NCBI GenBank assembly: GCA_950097015.1
Contig: CATNEN010000039.1
Coordinates: forward strand, 17,608,001 to 17,672,000
DNA: 64,000 nt
DNA from: Macrostomum hystrix
Taxonomy: Eukaryota > Animalia > Platyhelminthes
Reading direction: 5' to 3'
A program made the translations under genes and the position numbers. Shown here one piece after another: positions 51,760 through 62,775 of the stretch. Positions within the stretch are counted from its first letter, which is position 1; each line of letters starts with the position of its first letter. The notes under the pieces were generated by a model. It did not search any database, was not told where the DNA came from, and saw nothing but the letters and a program-made list of their open reading frames with translations.

Positions 51760-52223
51760 TTTATTGAAAATTGAAGCGGGAATTGAAATTGAATTGAAAC
51801 TTGAAAAGATTTTCCGTAAATGGTTTGACTCTGATATCTAGGTCATCTTTCGCACCGACAAGATTTCCCATTTTGTTAGCAGATTGAAATCCAGTGTTCC
51901 AAGGCCACTTGTTGCAGGTGTCGTGTACCAATTCAATTGTTCTGTGGATCAGAGCACCACTTACGTGGGAAAGACAAAACGACATTTATACACGAGGGCT
52001 AAGGAGCATTGGGTAAAAACTCTGCTATCCGGGACCATTTGCTAGGTTGCGATAGTTGTTGTAATAAGGAGCCACTTGAACTGTTTAAAGTTGTTGACAC
52101 GTGTAGGCAAGATTACTAACTGACCATTCTTGAAGCCATGTACATCAAGGCCCTCAAGCCAAACTTCAATGTCCAATTAGCGGGGAACGTGCAAGCCAAC
52201 TGCTCCAAGTGTTCTGACGTATG
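51760..52223 (+). mobile_element. Decayed Penelope-like element, GIY-YIG endonuclease region
   Basis: Translates as GVVYQFNCSVDQSTTYVGKTKRHLYTRAKEH / NSAIRDHL...LTILEAMYIKALKPNFN. In-frame stops occur at 51839 and 52117, with a frameshift near 52015. Confidence 0.88.
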
Positions 52224-52632
52224 AGGCACGCTCTCTCTCTCTCGCGGTCCTCTCCAACCTTTTGATGATGGTTCGCCTTTTGACCTGTCCATCGGACTTT
52301 AACTCACAATGTACAACAACCTACTTTTAAACACCTGCGTTTTCGTTTTTCAATAATTCGACTAGTATCAACAAACAAGATAGCAAATTTTAACTGACTG
52401 CATGACTAATTGGAGCACAGAATATATGTGTACTATTATCTATATTTTGTAAAAACATAAATATCCCATCCCAAAACCCATCCTATTGCGAAAAAAAACG
52501 AACCGCGGACCGTCGCCAATGATAGCAAGTTTTAAAAGGGATTCCACTGCAGGCAACTTCCGGTCGAAGGCCAATTATCTTAATTAAGCCTTGATTAGGG
52601 CACAGGTGAACCGTTTGAAAGAGACCTGAGTT

Positions 52633-53936
52633 ACTAGAATCGAAGCAGAAGTACTAGAATCGAAGCAGAAGTACAAGAATCGAAGCTAGGCTATTAGAAT
52701 CGAAGCAGAAGTACTAGAATCGAAGCAGTACTTTATAACAGTTCTAGTTCGTGTTCTCTGCACTTGTGTGGAGCATGCGATTGTGAAAAAACAGGTACTA
52801 GAATCGAAGCTGGGTACTAGAATCGAAGCAGAAGTACTAGAATCAAAGCTGGGGTACTAGAATCGAAGCAGAAGTACAAGAATCGAAGCTAGGCTATTAG
52901 AATCGAAGCAGAAGTACTAGAATCGAAGCAGTACTTTATAACAGTTCTAGTTCGTGTTCTCTGCACTTGTGTGGAGCATGCGATTGTGAAAAAACAGGTA
53001 CTAGAATCGAAGCTGGGTACTAGAATCGAAGCAGAAGTACTAGAATCAAAGCTGGGGTACTAGAATCGAAGCAGAAGTACTAGAATCGAAGCAGGGGTAC
53101 TAGAATCGAAGCAGGAGTACTAGAATCGAAGCAGGGGTACTAGAATCAAAGCAAGGGTACTAGAATCGAAGCAGGGGTACTAGAATCAAAGCAGGGGTAC
53201 TAGAATCGAAGCAGGAGTACTAGAATCGAAGCAGGGGTACTAGAATCAAAGCAAGGGTACTTGAATCGAAGCAGGGGTACTAGAATCGAAGCAGGGGTAC
53301 TATAATCGAAGCAGGGGTACTAGAAGCGAAGCAGGGATACTGGAATTGAAGCAGGGGTACTAGAATCGAATCAGGGGTACTAGAATCGAAGCAGGGGTAC
53401 TAGAATAGAAGCAGGTACTAGAATAGAGGCAGGTACTAGAATAGAAGCAGGTACTAGAATCGAAGCTGGGTACTAGAATCGAAGCAGGGGTACTAGAATC
53501 GAAGAAGCAGGGGTACTAGAATCGAAGCAGGGGTACTAGAATCGAAGCAGAAGTACTAGAATCGAAGCAGGGGTACTAGAATCGAAGCAGGAGTACTAGA
53601 ATCGAAGCAGGGGTACTAGAATCAAAGCAAGGGTACTAGAATCGAAGCAGGGGTACTAGAATCGAAGCAGGGTACTAGAAGCGAAGCAGGGATACTGGAA
53701 TTGAAGCAGGGGTACTAGAATCGAATCAGGGGTACTAGAATCGAAGCAGGGGTACTAGAATAGAAGCAGGTACTAGAATAGAGGCAGGTACTAGAATAGA
53801 GGCAGGTACTAGAATAGAAGCAGGTACTAGAATCAAATCCGGGGTACTAGAATCGAAGCAGGTGTACTAGAATCGAAGCAGGGGTACTGGAATCGAAGCT
53901 GCAGGGGTATTCGAATCGAAGCAGAAGTACTAGAAG
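52633..53936. repeat. 20-bp minisatellite array 2, interrupted by two copies of a ~65-bp unique segment
   Basis: Same unit as array 1. TTATAACAGTTCTAGTTCGTGTTCTCTGCACTTGTGTGGAGC occurs near 52733 and 52936. Confidence 0.95.
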
Positions 53937-53990
53937 CCGAGAGGTATGGAAACTAGGGGAAGAGAAGAGATAACAGATGGAGAAGTATAA

Positions 53991-54986
53991 CCGTAGTACT
54001 GGAAGGAGGGGACAAATTTTCTTTTGAGATCAAATGAGAGTCGGCGCCAATAAAAAATAGTTCTTCCCAGAAAACCAGGTCTGATGAAGCCTTCAGAAGG
54101 TAATTGGACAGGCTCAGTCAGTTGGTGTCCCAAGTCGATCGCATCAACCTGCAAATTACAGTTTCTTGTTTCAAAAAGTCCGAGACACAAAAGTGCAAAC
54201 TGAATAAAAGCCGAAAGATGTTTAGTCAGCTCATCTGTACCCAAAGCTATGGGTGTATCGTTTCCAAGCTTCTTTTTTAGTCCATAGAACAGCAGGCAGA
54301 CACTAATTAGCGGGTTGAGGCCAAGTAACAAAACTGTGTTTGCTGCCTGTCCCATAGCAGGTTCGGGTGTCACGGGTGGAGATTCAAAACCGGAAAGCAT
54401 TTTTAATCAATCAATTATTTTAAAAAAGTTGAGCATGTTCTCTACCCGACGAAGAAATTAAAGTCACTAACCGCGTAGGGTGGTGACTGATTGGTTGACA
54501 GACTAGGCGATGGTGTCCTGTAGTTGAGCTGCGCCTAATATTTAGGCTTCAGCAGTGAAATTTTAGAAATTCGCGTCAGGGTGTCCAGAGTGGCCTATTT
54601 CCACAGTTTTTGCATTTTAAGGTCCCACAGTCCGTCTAGATAAAGGTAGGTGACCACCAAAGACGGAGTTGATGCAGGCACATTCGGGTGACATGCTGAT
54701 AAAGTTTGAAGGTCTGGAAAGGCCGCACTGAGGCGCAGTGCAAATTCGTGTATAGGGGCCGGTGTATGAAATGCACTAGCTGTTATGGGAAAAATCGGAC
54801 CTTCGGCCAGAAACATTGAATATCTCGACGGTCTGAAGAGCTGGCGACTTGTTTCTTGTTTCAGAAGATGCGCAACAAAAAGTTGGCCCGTGTTCTTGAG
54901 TTTCGTGTGCTTGCATTGTTCCGTTCGGGTGCAGCAAAAAAAATTGTCAGGGGGGGAATTCCTCCCCCCCCTTGGTAGTTCTACTG
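53991..54986. mobile_element. Possible old non-autonomous DNA transposon
   Basis: The left end CCGTAGTACTGGAAGGAGGGG..ACAAATTTT loosely mirrors the reverse complement of the right end, CAGTAGAACTACCAAGGGGGGG..GACAATTTT. No convincing TSD. Confidence 0.25.
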
Positions 54987-55012
54987 TTAATGTATCCTTT
55001 AATATACTCTAA

Positions 55013-56309
55013 TAAGCTTTTCAACCGACTGCTTCTCGATCGCCTGCAGTCGGTGCTGGACCCGTACCTCCGTTACGAGCAGAACGGGTTCCGGCCACAG
55101 CGCGGTACAGTAACCCAGATCCTCGCACTCCGCCGTGTCATCGAGGAGGCGCGCATCCGCCAGTCAACGCTGATCGTCGTGTTTGTCGACTTCCGCAAGG
55201 CGTTTGACTCGGTGTCGAGGGCCGCGCTTCTACTAGTCCTTCGTGCCTACCGGGTCCCAGAGCAGCTAGTCGCCGCTGTCATGTCGCTGTATCGCGACAC
55301 GCGCGCTGCTGTTGTTACGGCGGACGGCCTGTCCGACCTGTTTGCCACCTCGTCAGGAGTGCTGCAGGGCGACACGCTGGCCCCGTTCCTCTTCGTGCTT
55401 CTCCTGGACTGGGTGCTTCGGACTGCGCTCCCCTCGGCTGAAGACGGCTTCCTGCTACGCAGACGCATCGGTCGCCGCCACGATGAGAAGCGCCTCAGTG
55501 TGCTTGGCTACGCCGACGACCTCGCCCTCCTGTCCTCGACTGTCGAAGGTGCCCAGCGCCAGATTGACAGGTTGGCTGAGGTGGCATCAAGCGTCGGCCT
55601 AGTGATCAACACGCTTAAGACCGAGGTGCTGACCGTGCCGGCCGACATCCCAGCGGACCTGACGTGCCGCGGCGCAGACGGGCAGATCATCTCGCTCGCA
55701 CGCTGCCAGCGCTTCACTTACCTCGGCGGTCTGGTGCCCAACGTGGAAGACGACATCCGGCGGCGCAGAGGACTCGCATGGGCGGCCTACCGTTCGATCC
55801 GGGCCGTCCTCCAGTCCACAGCGCTGCCTGACCGCCAGAGGGCTCGGCTGTGGCAGGCGGTGATCGAGACCGTCCTGCTGTACAACGCCGAGTCGTGGAC
55901 GCTGACGGCTACGCTGGAGCGGCAGCTGGACTCGGTGCACTCGGGGCTGCTCCGTGCGGCCTTTCAAGCTGACGAGAGCGTCGGGACGGAGGCTCTGTAC
56001 GAGAGAGCTCAGCTGCAACGCCCGTCCACCATCCTGCGCCAGCGACGACTTCGACTAGCGGGCCACGTCATTCGGGCCGAAAGCTACTGCCGCCAGCCCG
56101 CCCAGGACGTCCTTCTGCTCACCCTGCAGGGCCCGTTCAGGCGCGGCCAGGCTCGGACCCGCCGCTACGTCGACTGCCTGCTGAGCGACGCCAGGGCGCC
56201 CGACACTGCCTCCGGCGCGGACCATGTTCGCGCGCTGGCTCTGCGGCGCATCATTTGACGCCGCCCCCCTGACGTTTGGGGCTTGCGTATTTTGTTGTTG
56301 TTGTTGTTG
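55013..56309 (+). mobile_element. 5'-truncated RTE-like non-LTR retrotransposon (reverse transcriptase ORF intact to stop at 56258)
   Basis: RT motifs EQNGFR, FVDFRKAFDSV, GVLQGDTLAPFLF, GYADD and FTYLGG are present. The 3' UTR is short with a (TTG)n tail. The TSD TTAATATACTCTAA occurs at 54999-55012 and 56310-56323. GC content changes sharply at both edges. Confidence 0.95.
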
Positions 56310-57514
56310 TTAATATACTCTAAAAAAGTCAAGGAACTGCCAATTAGATGTGCATGAAAATTTGTATGCAACAATATTGCAGGTCACCTTTATAAGGCAA
56401 CTCAAAGTTTTACTGTGATTCTCCCGTTTCGAAAATGAAATACTTTCCGGTGTTTCTTGCATATTTTCCGGTGTTATCCGCCTCTTTTTTTTCGAACCAA
56501 GCAACGCATTAAAAAGATGTTGAGCATTAGTTTACTGGTTTCGATAATTCAAAGTACTCGTTTTATTTTCAGTATCGACCGACTTGCGTAGATTTAGTGT
56601 TTTAAGATTTGTTAATTTTTGCTGGTTAATTTTTTTTCCGGTGTTGAATGTTATATTTTTAGATGCATTATATGCAATATGCATTAGATGCCAAATATAT
56701 ACAATTTACGTGTATATTTTATAAATATAAAGTTTCTTGTTTTTATTTCACATGTAGTATACTTTATTTTTTCTCTGTATTCTAATCGGGTTGTTCAGTT
56801 TTTATAACAAATATTATAAGATCTAGGTAAAATTTCTAGAAGCTCTTAATTTCTAGCAGCTAAACAATTTTCGACTCAGTCCTCTATATAGACTTGATAA
56901 TAAATGAAAACTATTTGCATAGTGACTAAATGTCATAAATGTTCTCCTTCACGACATTCGCAGTCTAATTAGTTTGGCTGTCAACTGATTCTCACTCTGG
57001 GGGCACTGATGATCTGATCGCGTCTAGCCTAGTAGCAGCCTGTGACAGAGTCGAGCAGGTGATGGATGGAAATCTGAGGTTCTGTACGGACAAATGATAT
57101 CGAGGCTGAGAAAAAATACAGAACCGAGAAAATACAGGGCTCGAGAAAGTGAATAGTAGCAATGTCTCTCATATATATGCTAGCTGAAATGAAATCGACC
57201 CAGCTATGCCAGTGCAGCATTATCGAACGAAGGATTGCTACATGTCATTGTTATATTCATGCACTACTTCTATAGCCTCTCTCCACTAGCCGGGTATAGA
57301 ATTTCCTCAGCATTCTCCAGTTTAGTTTATCCTGCTAACTGTGCAGCACTATCAGCTGTATCAGCGCGCCTTTCATTTTCACCTATTACAGAAGCGGATG
57401 TTCATAATTGAGCGAAATGGCCCAAGGGCTGCCAATAAATCCATACATTTGTGACATTCTCTTGAGCTAAACATGAATGCGGCCTGCATTTATCGACCTA
57501 GAGCAACCTGCAAA

Positions 57515-58521
57515 CTGGATGAAGGAATAGAATGGATTGCTAATCTATCTCAAGGATAAATAAACTTTCATGTTTATATCCCCTGGATTGCATGGATTGG
57601 ATTGCAAATATATCCTCTGGATGAAGGAACAGAATGGATTGCTAATCTATCCCCTGGATGAAGGAACAGAATGTATTGCTAATCTATCCCATAGATGATG
57701 GAGTAGAATGGATTGCTAATCTATCCCAAAGATGATGGAGTAGAATGGATTGCTAATCTATCCCCTGGATGAATGAATAGAATGGATTGCTAATCTATCC
57801 CTGAATGAAGGAATAGAAGGGATTGCTAATCTATCCCTGAATGACGGAATATAATGGATTGCTAATCTATCCCATGGATGAATGAATAGAATGGATTGCT
57901 AATCTATCTCAAGGATAAATAAACTTTCATGTTTATATCCCCTGGATTGCGTGGATTGGATTGCAAATATATCCCCTGGATGAAGGAACAGAATGCATTG
58001 CTAATCTATCCCATAGATGATGGATTAGAATGGATTGCTAATCTATCCCTGAATGAAGGAATAGAAGGGATTGCTAATCTATCCCTGAATGGCGGAATAT
58101 AATGGATTGCTAATCTATCCCATGGATGAAGGAATAGAATGGATTGCTAATCTATCCCTGAATGAAGGAATAGAAGGGATTGCTAATCTATCCCTGAATG
58201 GCGGAATATAATGGATTGCTAATCTATCCCATGGATGAATGAATAGAAGGGATTGCTAATCTATCCCATGGATGAATGAATAGAAGGGATTGCTAATCTA
58301 TCCCATGGATGAATGAATAGAAGGGATTGCTAATCTATCCCATGGATGAATGAATAGAAGGGATTGCTAATCTATCCCATGGATGAATGAATAGAAGGGA
58401 TTGCTAATCTATCCCATGGATGAATGAATAGAAGGGATTGCTAATCTATCCCATGGATGAATGAATAGAAGGGATTGCTAATCTATCCCATGGATGAATG
58501 AATAGAAGGGATTGCTAATCT
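57515..58521. repeat. 36/37-bp minisatellite (GGGATTGCTAATCTATCCCATGGATGAATGAATAGAA)
   Basis: Head-to-tail units, homogeneous at the right end. An internal block is duplicated at about 57548 and 57907. Confidence 0.95.
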
Positions 58522-58751
58522 GATCTTTGGTCAAGGAAGGGCATCGATTTCAAAGCAAAATCGAAAGCGCAAGTGTTTTTCTGAATCTTTTTTAAGATTA
58601 TCTACTCAATGTCTCGCAAAATATCAGAGTGTTAATTTATATTGAAATTCATTTTTCTATTAGTTGTCTACTATGAGTAGTGTTGTAAAAAACTCTACGA
58701 TTATGTACAAGTCGGCCTGGCAGTTCGGCACAGATCAGCAGCTGCATATTT

Positions 58752-59734
58752 TCACTCCAAAGAGATGGCGAAGACGGTGACAACGCAGGCCATGCCGCTG
58801 CTCTGGCGGGACGCAGTCACCGACGTGTCAAATCTGTCATTCCAGACACAGCGGCTGGACACAGACAAGGCTTGGTCGCGTCGTTCGCAGATTGTGACAT
58901 AAACAATGAGCCGGTAGCGGTCAAAGAACAGTTCACTCTTTAGCCTGTTCTTGATGCTGTCCGTCAGGGTTTTGGTCAGCATTACGGCTGTGCGCTGACT
59001 GTAGGGCGCCCCGTCGTCTAGATGATCAGCTAGACTCTCCTGGACGATGTCACGAGCTGCTTTGGCATCGAATTTCGATTTCGGCTCGAGGCTGGAGACG
59101 TCGTTAAAGATTTGGTAAGGAATCGCTTAAATTCAAGCCATTTTTGATTACCACTGCCACTATCGGGCCAGATTTTGCAGCCGACAGCACAGCCGCAGCT
59201 ATTGCGCGGCACATCTGAATCAAGTCACAGCCAATCAAGTCACAGCCAATCAAGTCACAGCCAATCAAGTCACAGCCAATCAAGTCACAGCCAATCAAGT
59301 CACAGCCAATCAAGTCACAGCCAATCAAGTCACAGCCAATCAAGTCACAGCCAATCAAGTCACAGCCAATCAAGTCACAGCCAATCAAGTCACAGCCAAT
59401 CAAGTCACAGCCAATCAAGTCACAGCCAATCAAGTCACAGCCAATCAAGTCACAGCCAATCAAGTCACAGCCAATCAAGTCACAGCCAATCAAGTCACAG
59501 CCAATCAAGTCACAGCCAATCAAGTCACAGCCAATCAAGTCACAGCCAATCAAGTCACAGCTAAGAGCTGCCTCACCGGTACGTGTTCTCTAGCTTCACA
59601 ATCGGTGCGCCGGAGACAGAACTATTCCTTCCAGCGCCGATGCGGGCAGCCCAGTGTCGGGACATCCGTTTGGCAGCGATTAGTCCCATCATTGGTGCCA
59701 CAGCCTGACTCTTACGACGATTCGCGAGATCCAT
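58752..59734 (-). CDS. Tctex1-domain dynein light chain (TCTEX1D/DYNLT-like), 165 aa; exons 59734-59577 and 59091-58752
   Basis: The spliced product MDLANRRKS...KLENTYR|LEPKSKF...DRYRLIVYVTICE...VSSRCVWNDRFDT...VVTVFAISLE carries the Tctex1 signatures ENTY.LEP, RYKxxV and SRCxW...D. The intron is phase 2 (GTGAGG...CTCCAG). A further acceptor lies 12 nt upstream of the ATG. Confidence 0.9.
59218..59561. repeat. Perfect intronic 15-bp minisatellite (AATCAAGTCACAGCC, ~23 copies)
   Basis: Identical tandem units fill most of the Tctex1 intron. Confidence 0.98.
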
Positions 59735-60401
59735 GCTTGCCGCTAGCTAACAGTGAAATAAGCAAAAAAATTGCGACTCAAAGCAATTTCAAAGAGAATA
59801 ACAAAATACACAAAACTGCCTTTTATTATTGTCAGTTAAATTAGGGCTAGAAGGAGACAGGGAGAGAGAGAGCTGAGAGTGGCTATACAGATATGGCTGC
59901 CTTAGCACCCCAGCTAACTAAAACTATGGCAACAAAAGCGAACAATAAAATTGCTTACAAAGCTTTTCTATATGGTCATTTCTTTCTACTTGTGCATCTC
60001 CATTTGCTTTTAATGCTGGAAGCAAATGTGTAAAACCTTCAACTGCATATTTTGTGTATTTGACGTCCTAAAAATGAGATAGAAAATGAAATAGCCGAAT
60101 TGTATTCAATTAGGCACACCTGTGAGTTTTCATGTTGTTATTTTTGCCGTCCAGTTAAACTGATGGTCGAATAAATGGTGGGTGCGGTTTAGCATAATAA
60201 AATAAGAAATGTGAGCAATCAAAAACAACTCACAACTGTACTCACATGAGTCTCTTCTTGGCATTAGCATAATTAAATGCAGCGATTTCAGAGCATTGCC
60301 AATAAACTCACTCACTTAAACCTAGTGACTGTGTGACTGGGTTAGTGTGGGAACGATAGTTGACTTTGTCAGTGAGCGATTGTGAGCACGTGACTTCAGG
60401 A

Positions 60402-61230
60402 GATGAGTTCATGAGTTCATGCGTTTTTGAGTTCGAGTGAACGAGTTTATGAGTTCGAGTTTATGAGTTCATGAGTTCGAGGTCATGAACTCGAGTTCAT
60501 GAGTTTATGAGTTCATGAGTTTATGAGTTCATGAGTTCGAGTTCACGAGTTCGAGTTCACGAGTTCGAGTTCATGAGTTCGAGTTCATGAGTTCATGAGT
60601 TCGAGTTCATAAGTTTACGAGCGTATGAGTTCATGAGTTCGAGAGTTTATGAGTTCTTGAGTTCACGAGTTCGAGAGTTTATGAGTTCTTGAGTTCTTGA
60701 GTTCATGAGTTCGAATGAATGAGTTTATGAGTTCATGCTTTCATGAGTTCACGCGTTTATGAGTTCATGAGTTCGAGTGAACGAGTTTATGAGTTCGAGT
60801 TTATGAGTTCATGAGTTCGAGGTCATGAACTCGAGTTCATGAGTTTATGAGTTCATGAGTTTATGAGTTCATGAGTTCGAGTTCACGAGTTCGAGTTCAC
60901 GAGTTCGAGTTCATGAGTTCGAGTTCATGAGTTCATGAGTTCGAGTTCATCAGTTTACGAGCGTATGAGTTCATGAGTTCGAGAGTTTATGAGTTCTTGA
61001 GTTCACGAGTTCGAGAGTTTATGAGTTCTTGAGTTCTTGAGTTCATGAGTTCGAATGAATGAGTTTATGAGTTCATGCTTTCATGAGTTCACGCGTTTAT
61101 GAGTTCATGAGTTCGAGTGAATGAGTTTATGAGTTTAAGCGTTTTTGAGTTGAGTTTATTAGTTTTTAAGTTAATGCGTTTTTTAGTTTATGAGTTCTTG
61201 AGTTGATGAGTTTAAGAGTTCATAAGTTCG
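60402..61230. repeat. Compound 6/8-bp satellite (GAGTTC / ATGAGTTC / ATGAGTTT) with a 340-bp duplication
   Basis: The block starting ACGAGTTTAT at 60441 recurs at 60781. Confidence 0.95.
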
Positions 61231-62146
61231 CAGTTTTACACAGGTAGGTATTTTAAAAAAGTTTTGAAAAAAGAAGTCATGTACCATTTGAGTGTTACGT
61301 TTCACTTTAAGCAAAAGCAAAGCTAAATATAATGGCATTTGCAGAAAAAATCCTTAAGAATATAAATGTTTCATAAATATATTTTTTGTTTATCTGCAAA
61401 ACGTTTGGTAAAAATCTTGTTTCAACAAAAAACACAACAATTGTATTTGAAGCTTCTAGCTGGGTAACTAAGCACAACAGCAACATCTGAAACTAAAGAA
61501 TCGAAGTTTTGCTAATCCTTAATCAAACTCCATGGAAACCAGTCAGAGCACAGTGAAAGAAAATCTCACAAAACCGCTAATATAGATCGTATTATTTAAA
61601 ATATGTGAATAAACGCTAGCTTTAAACTAGTAGGGTAGAAAAACGAATACAAAAAGGGGAATAAATGTTTCTGGTCCGTAGGTTCTAGCCTATCCTTGTG
61701 AGTAGTATAAAATAAATGGATAGTATTGCCTTCAGTAGTATGCGTCGAATATTTATATTCGTAAAAGTAGGACTAGAAGCGAAATTTTAATTGCCAGACT
61801 GCTTTAGGAAAAAAAGAGCTTTAAAAAAGCAAGCAAAAATGTAACAGAGATTATTAAACCATAAATATATATTGCTGTTAAGCTACTTTACTAAGTAGTC
61901 AACTCGAAGTGTGCACTTCGTTTTTTGATAAATTCGAGAAAAGCACTGCAATAAAATTTAGCTAATAATGATGCGATTCTATTAAATATTAGCTTTCAGT
62001 ACATGTTTTATTATTCATAAATGAAATTGCTATAATTTGCTGGAGAAAAAAAGCAAAGGCAGAATTAGTAGATTTGAGAATTACTCCAACTAATTTACTT
62101 TTGTCTTCCATGTATGTACACTGTTCCATTTGATATAAAATAATGT

Positions 62147-62388
62147 AAAAATATACACCGGCTATCGAGGGTATCATCGGCTGTGACCGAGGACGCGCAG
62201 CGCCCAGCGCCCGAGGTCATAGACATTGATGCCCGAAATAGCCGGTATATATTTTCATTGAGCAACGCTGGGGTTCCCCTGCCGTTCTGTTTGCACCATA
62301 GACACATAGTTTTATTGGCGGGAGTCCCAGCGTTGCTCAATGAAAATACACACTTAACCACGGAATACACAGAATAGTGTATTCTGTG
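62147..62388. other. Cluster of three inverted repeats (palindromic element)
   Basis: Stems at 62147-62165/62238-62255, 62245-62283/62317-62353 and about 62359-62370/62377-62388. Confidence 0.8.
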
Positions 62389-62775
62389 CACTTAACGTTA
62401 GAAATACAAGAATCCATAGGGAATTCCCCATAGACATCGTTTAACGAAGTTCATTAAAACCCTTGCTCAGCGTTGTTCAATGAAGAATTCTATTTAAATT
62501 GTGTTTCGGTCTATGACTTATATACATAACATCTGCACACACCAATGTACATAGATTAGTTTAGTCTATGTCTAGCCTTTGTTTAGATGGAAGTGGGTGG
62601 ATAACGTAAATAAAAATAAAATTTCTGTGATAAAAATTTTGTTTAGACTCAAACGAGCAGCTTGTTCTGATCATTCCAATGTGAAATAAAACACAGCAGT
62701 CAAGGCTAGAGATTAATTAATGAGGAGATAACTATTTTAGTCACTGTTATTCCACATGAGAATCGAACCTGCTGG

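Noticed and set aside
49692-53936. 20-bp unit as an array of Pol III B boxes
   Set aside because: The reverse complement reads CTTCGATTC and lacks the invariant G of GTTCRANNC.
54081-54110. Hammerhead ribozyme near the Penelope fragment (CTGATGA followed by a short stem)
   Set aside because: The required GAAA after stem II is missing and the flanking stems are not evident.
53930-54400. Minus-strand ORF with a hydrophobic stretch plus KKK as a synaptotagmin transmembrane exon
   Set aside because: It has a non-ATG start, no recognisable homology and no clear splice link. SYT17-type proteins lack a transmembrane helix.
57515-58521. CRISPR array (36-37 bp partly palindromic repeats)
   Set aside because: The units are head-to-tail with no unique spacers, there are no cas genes, and the context is eukaryotic.
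59104-59564. IGCDL and SSHSQ repeat ORFs, and the acceptor at 59216 as the Tctex1 exon start
   Set aside because: The array is intronic. Splicing to 59214 gives a stop within a few codons, while 59091 restores ENTYRLEP.
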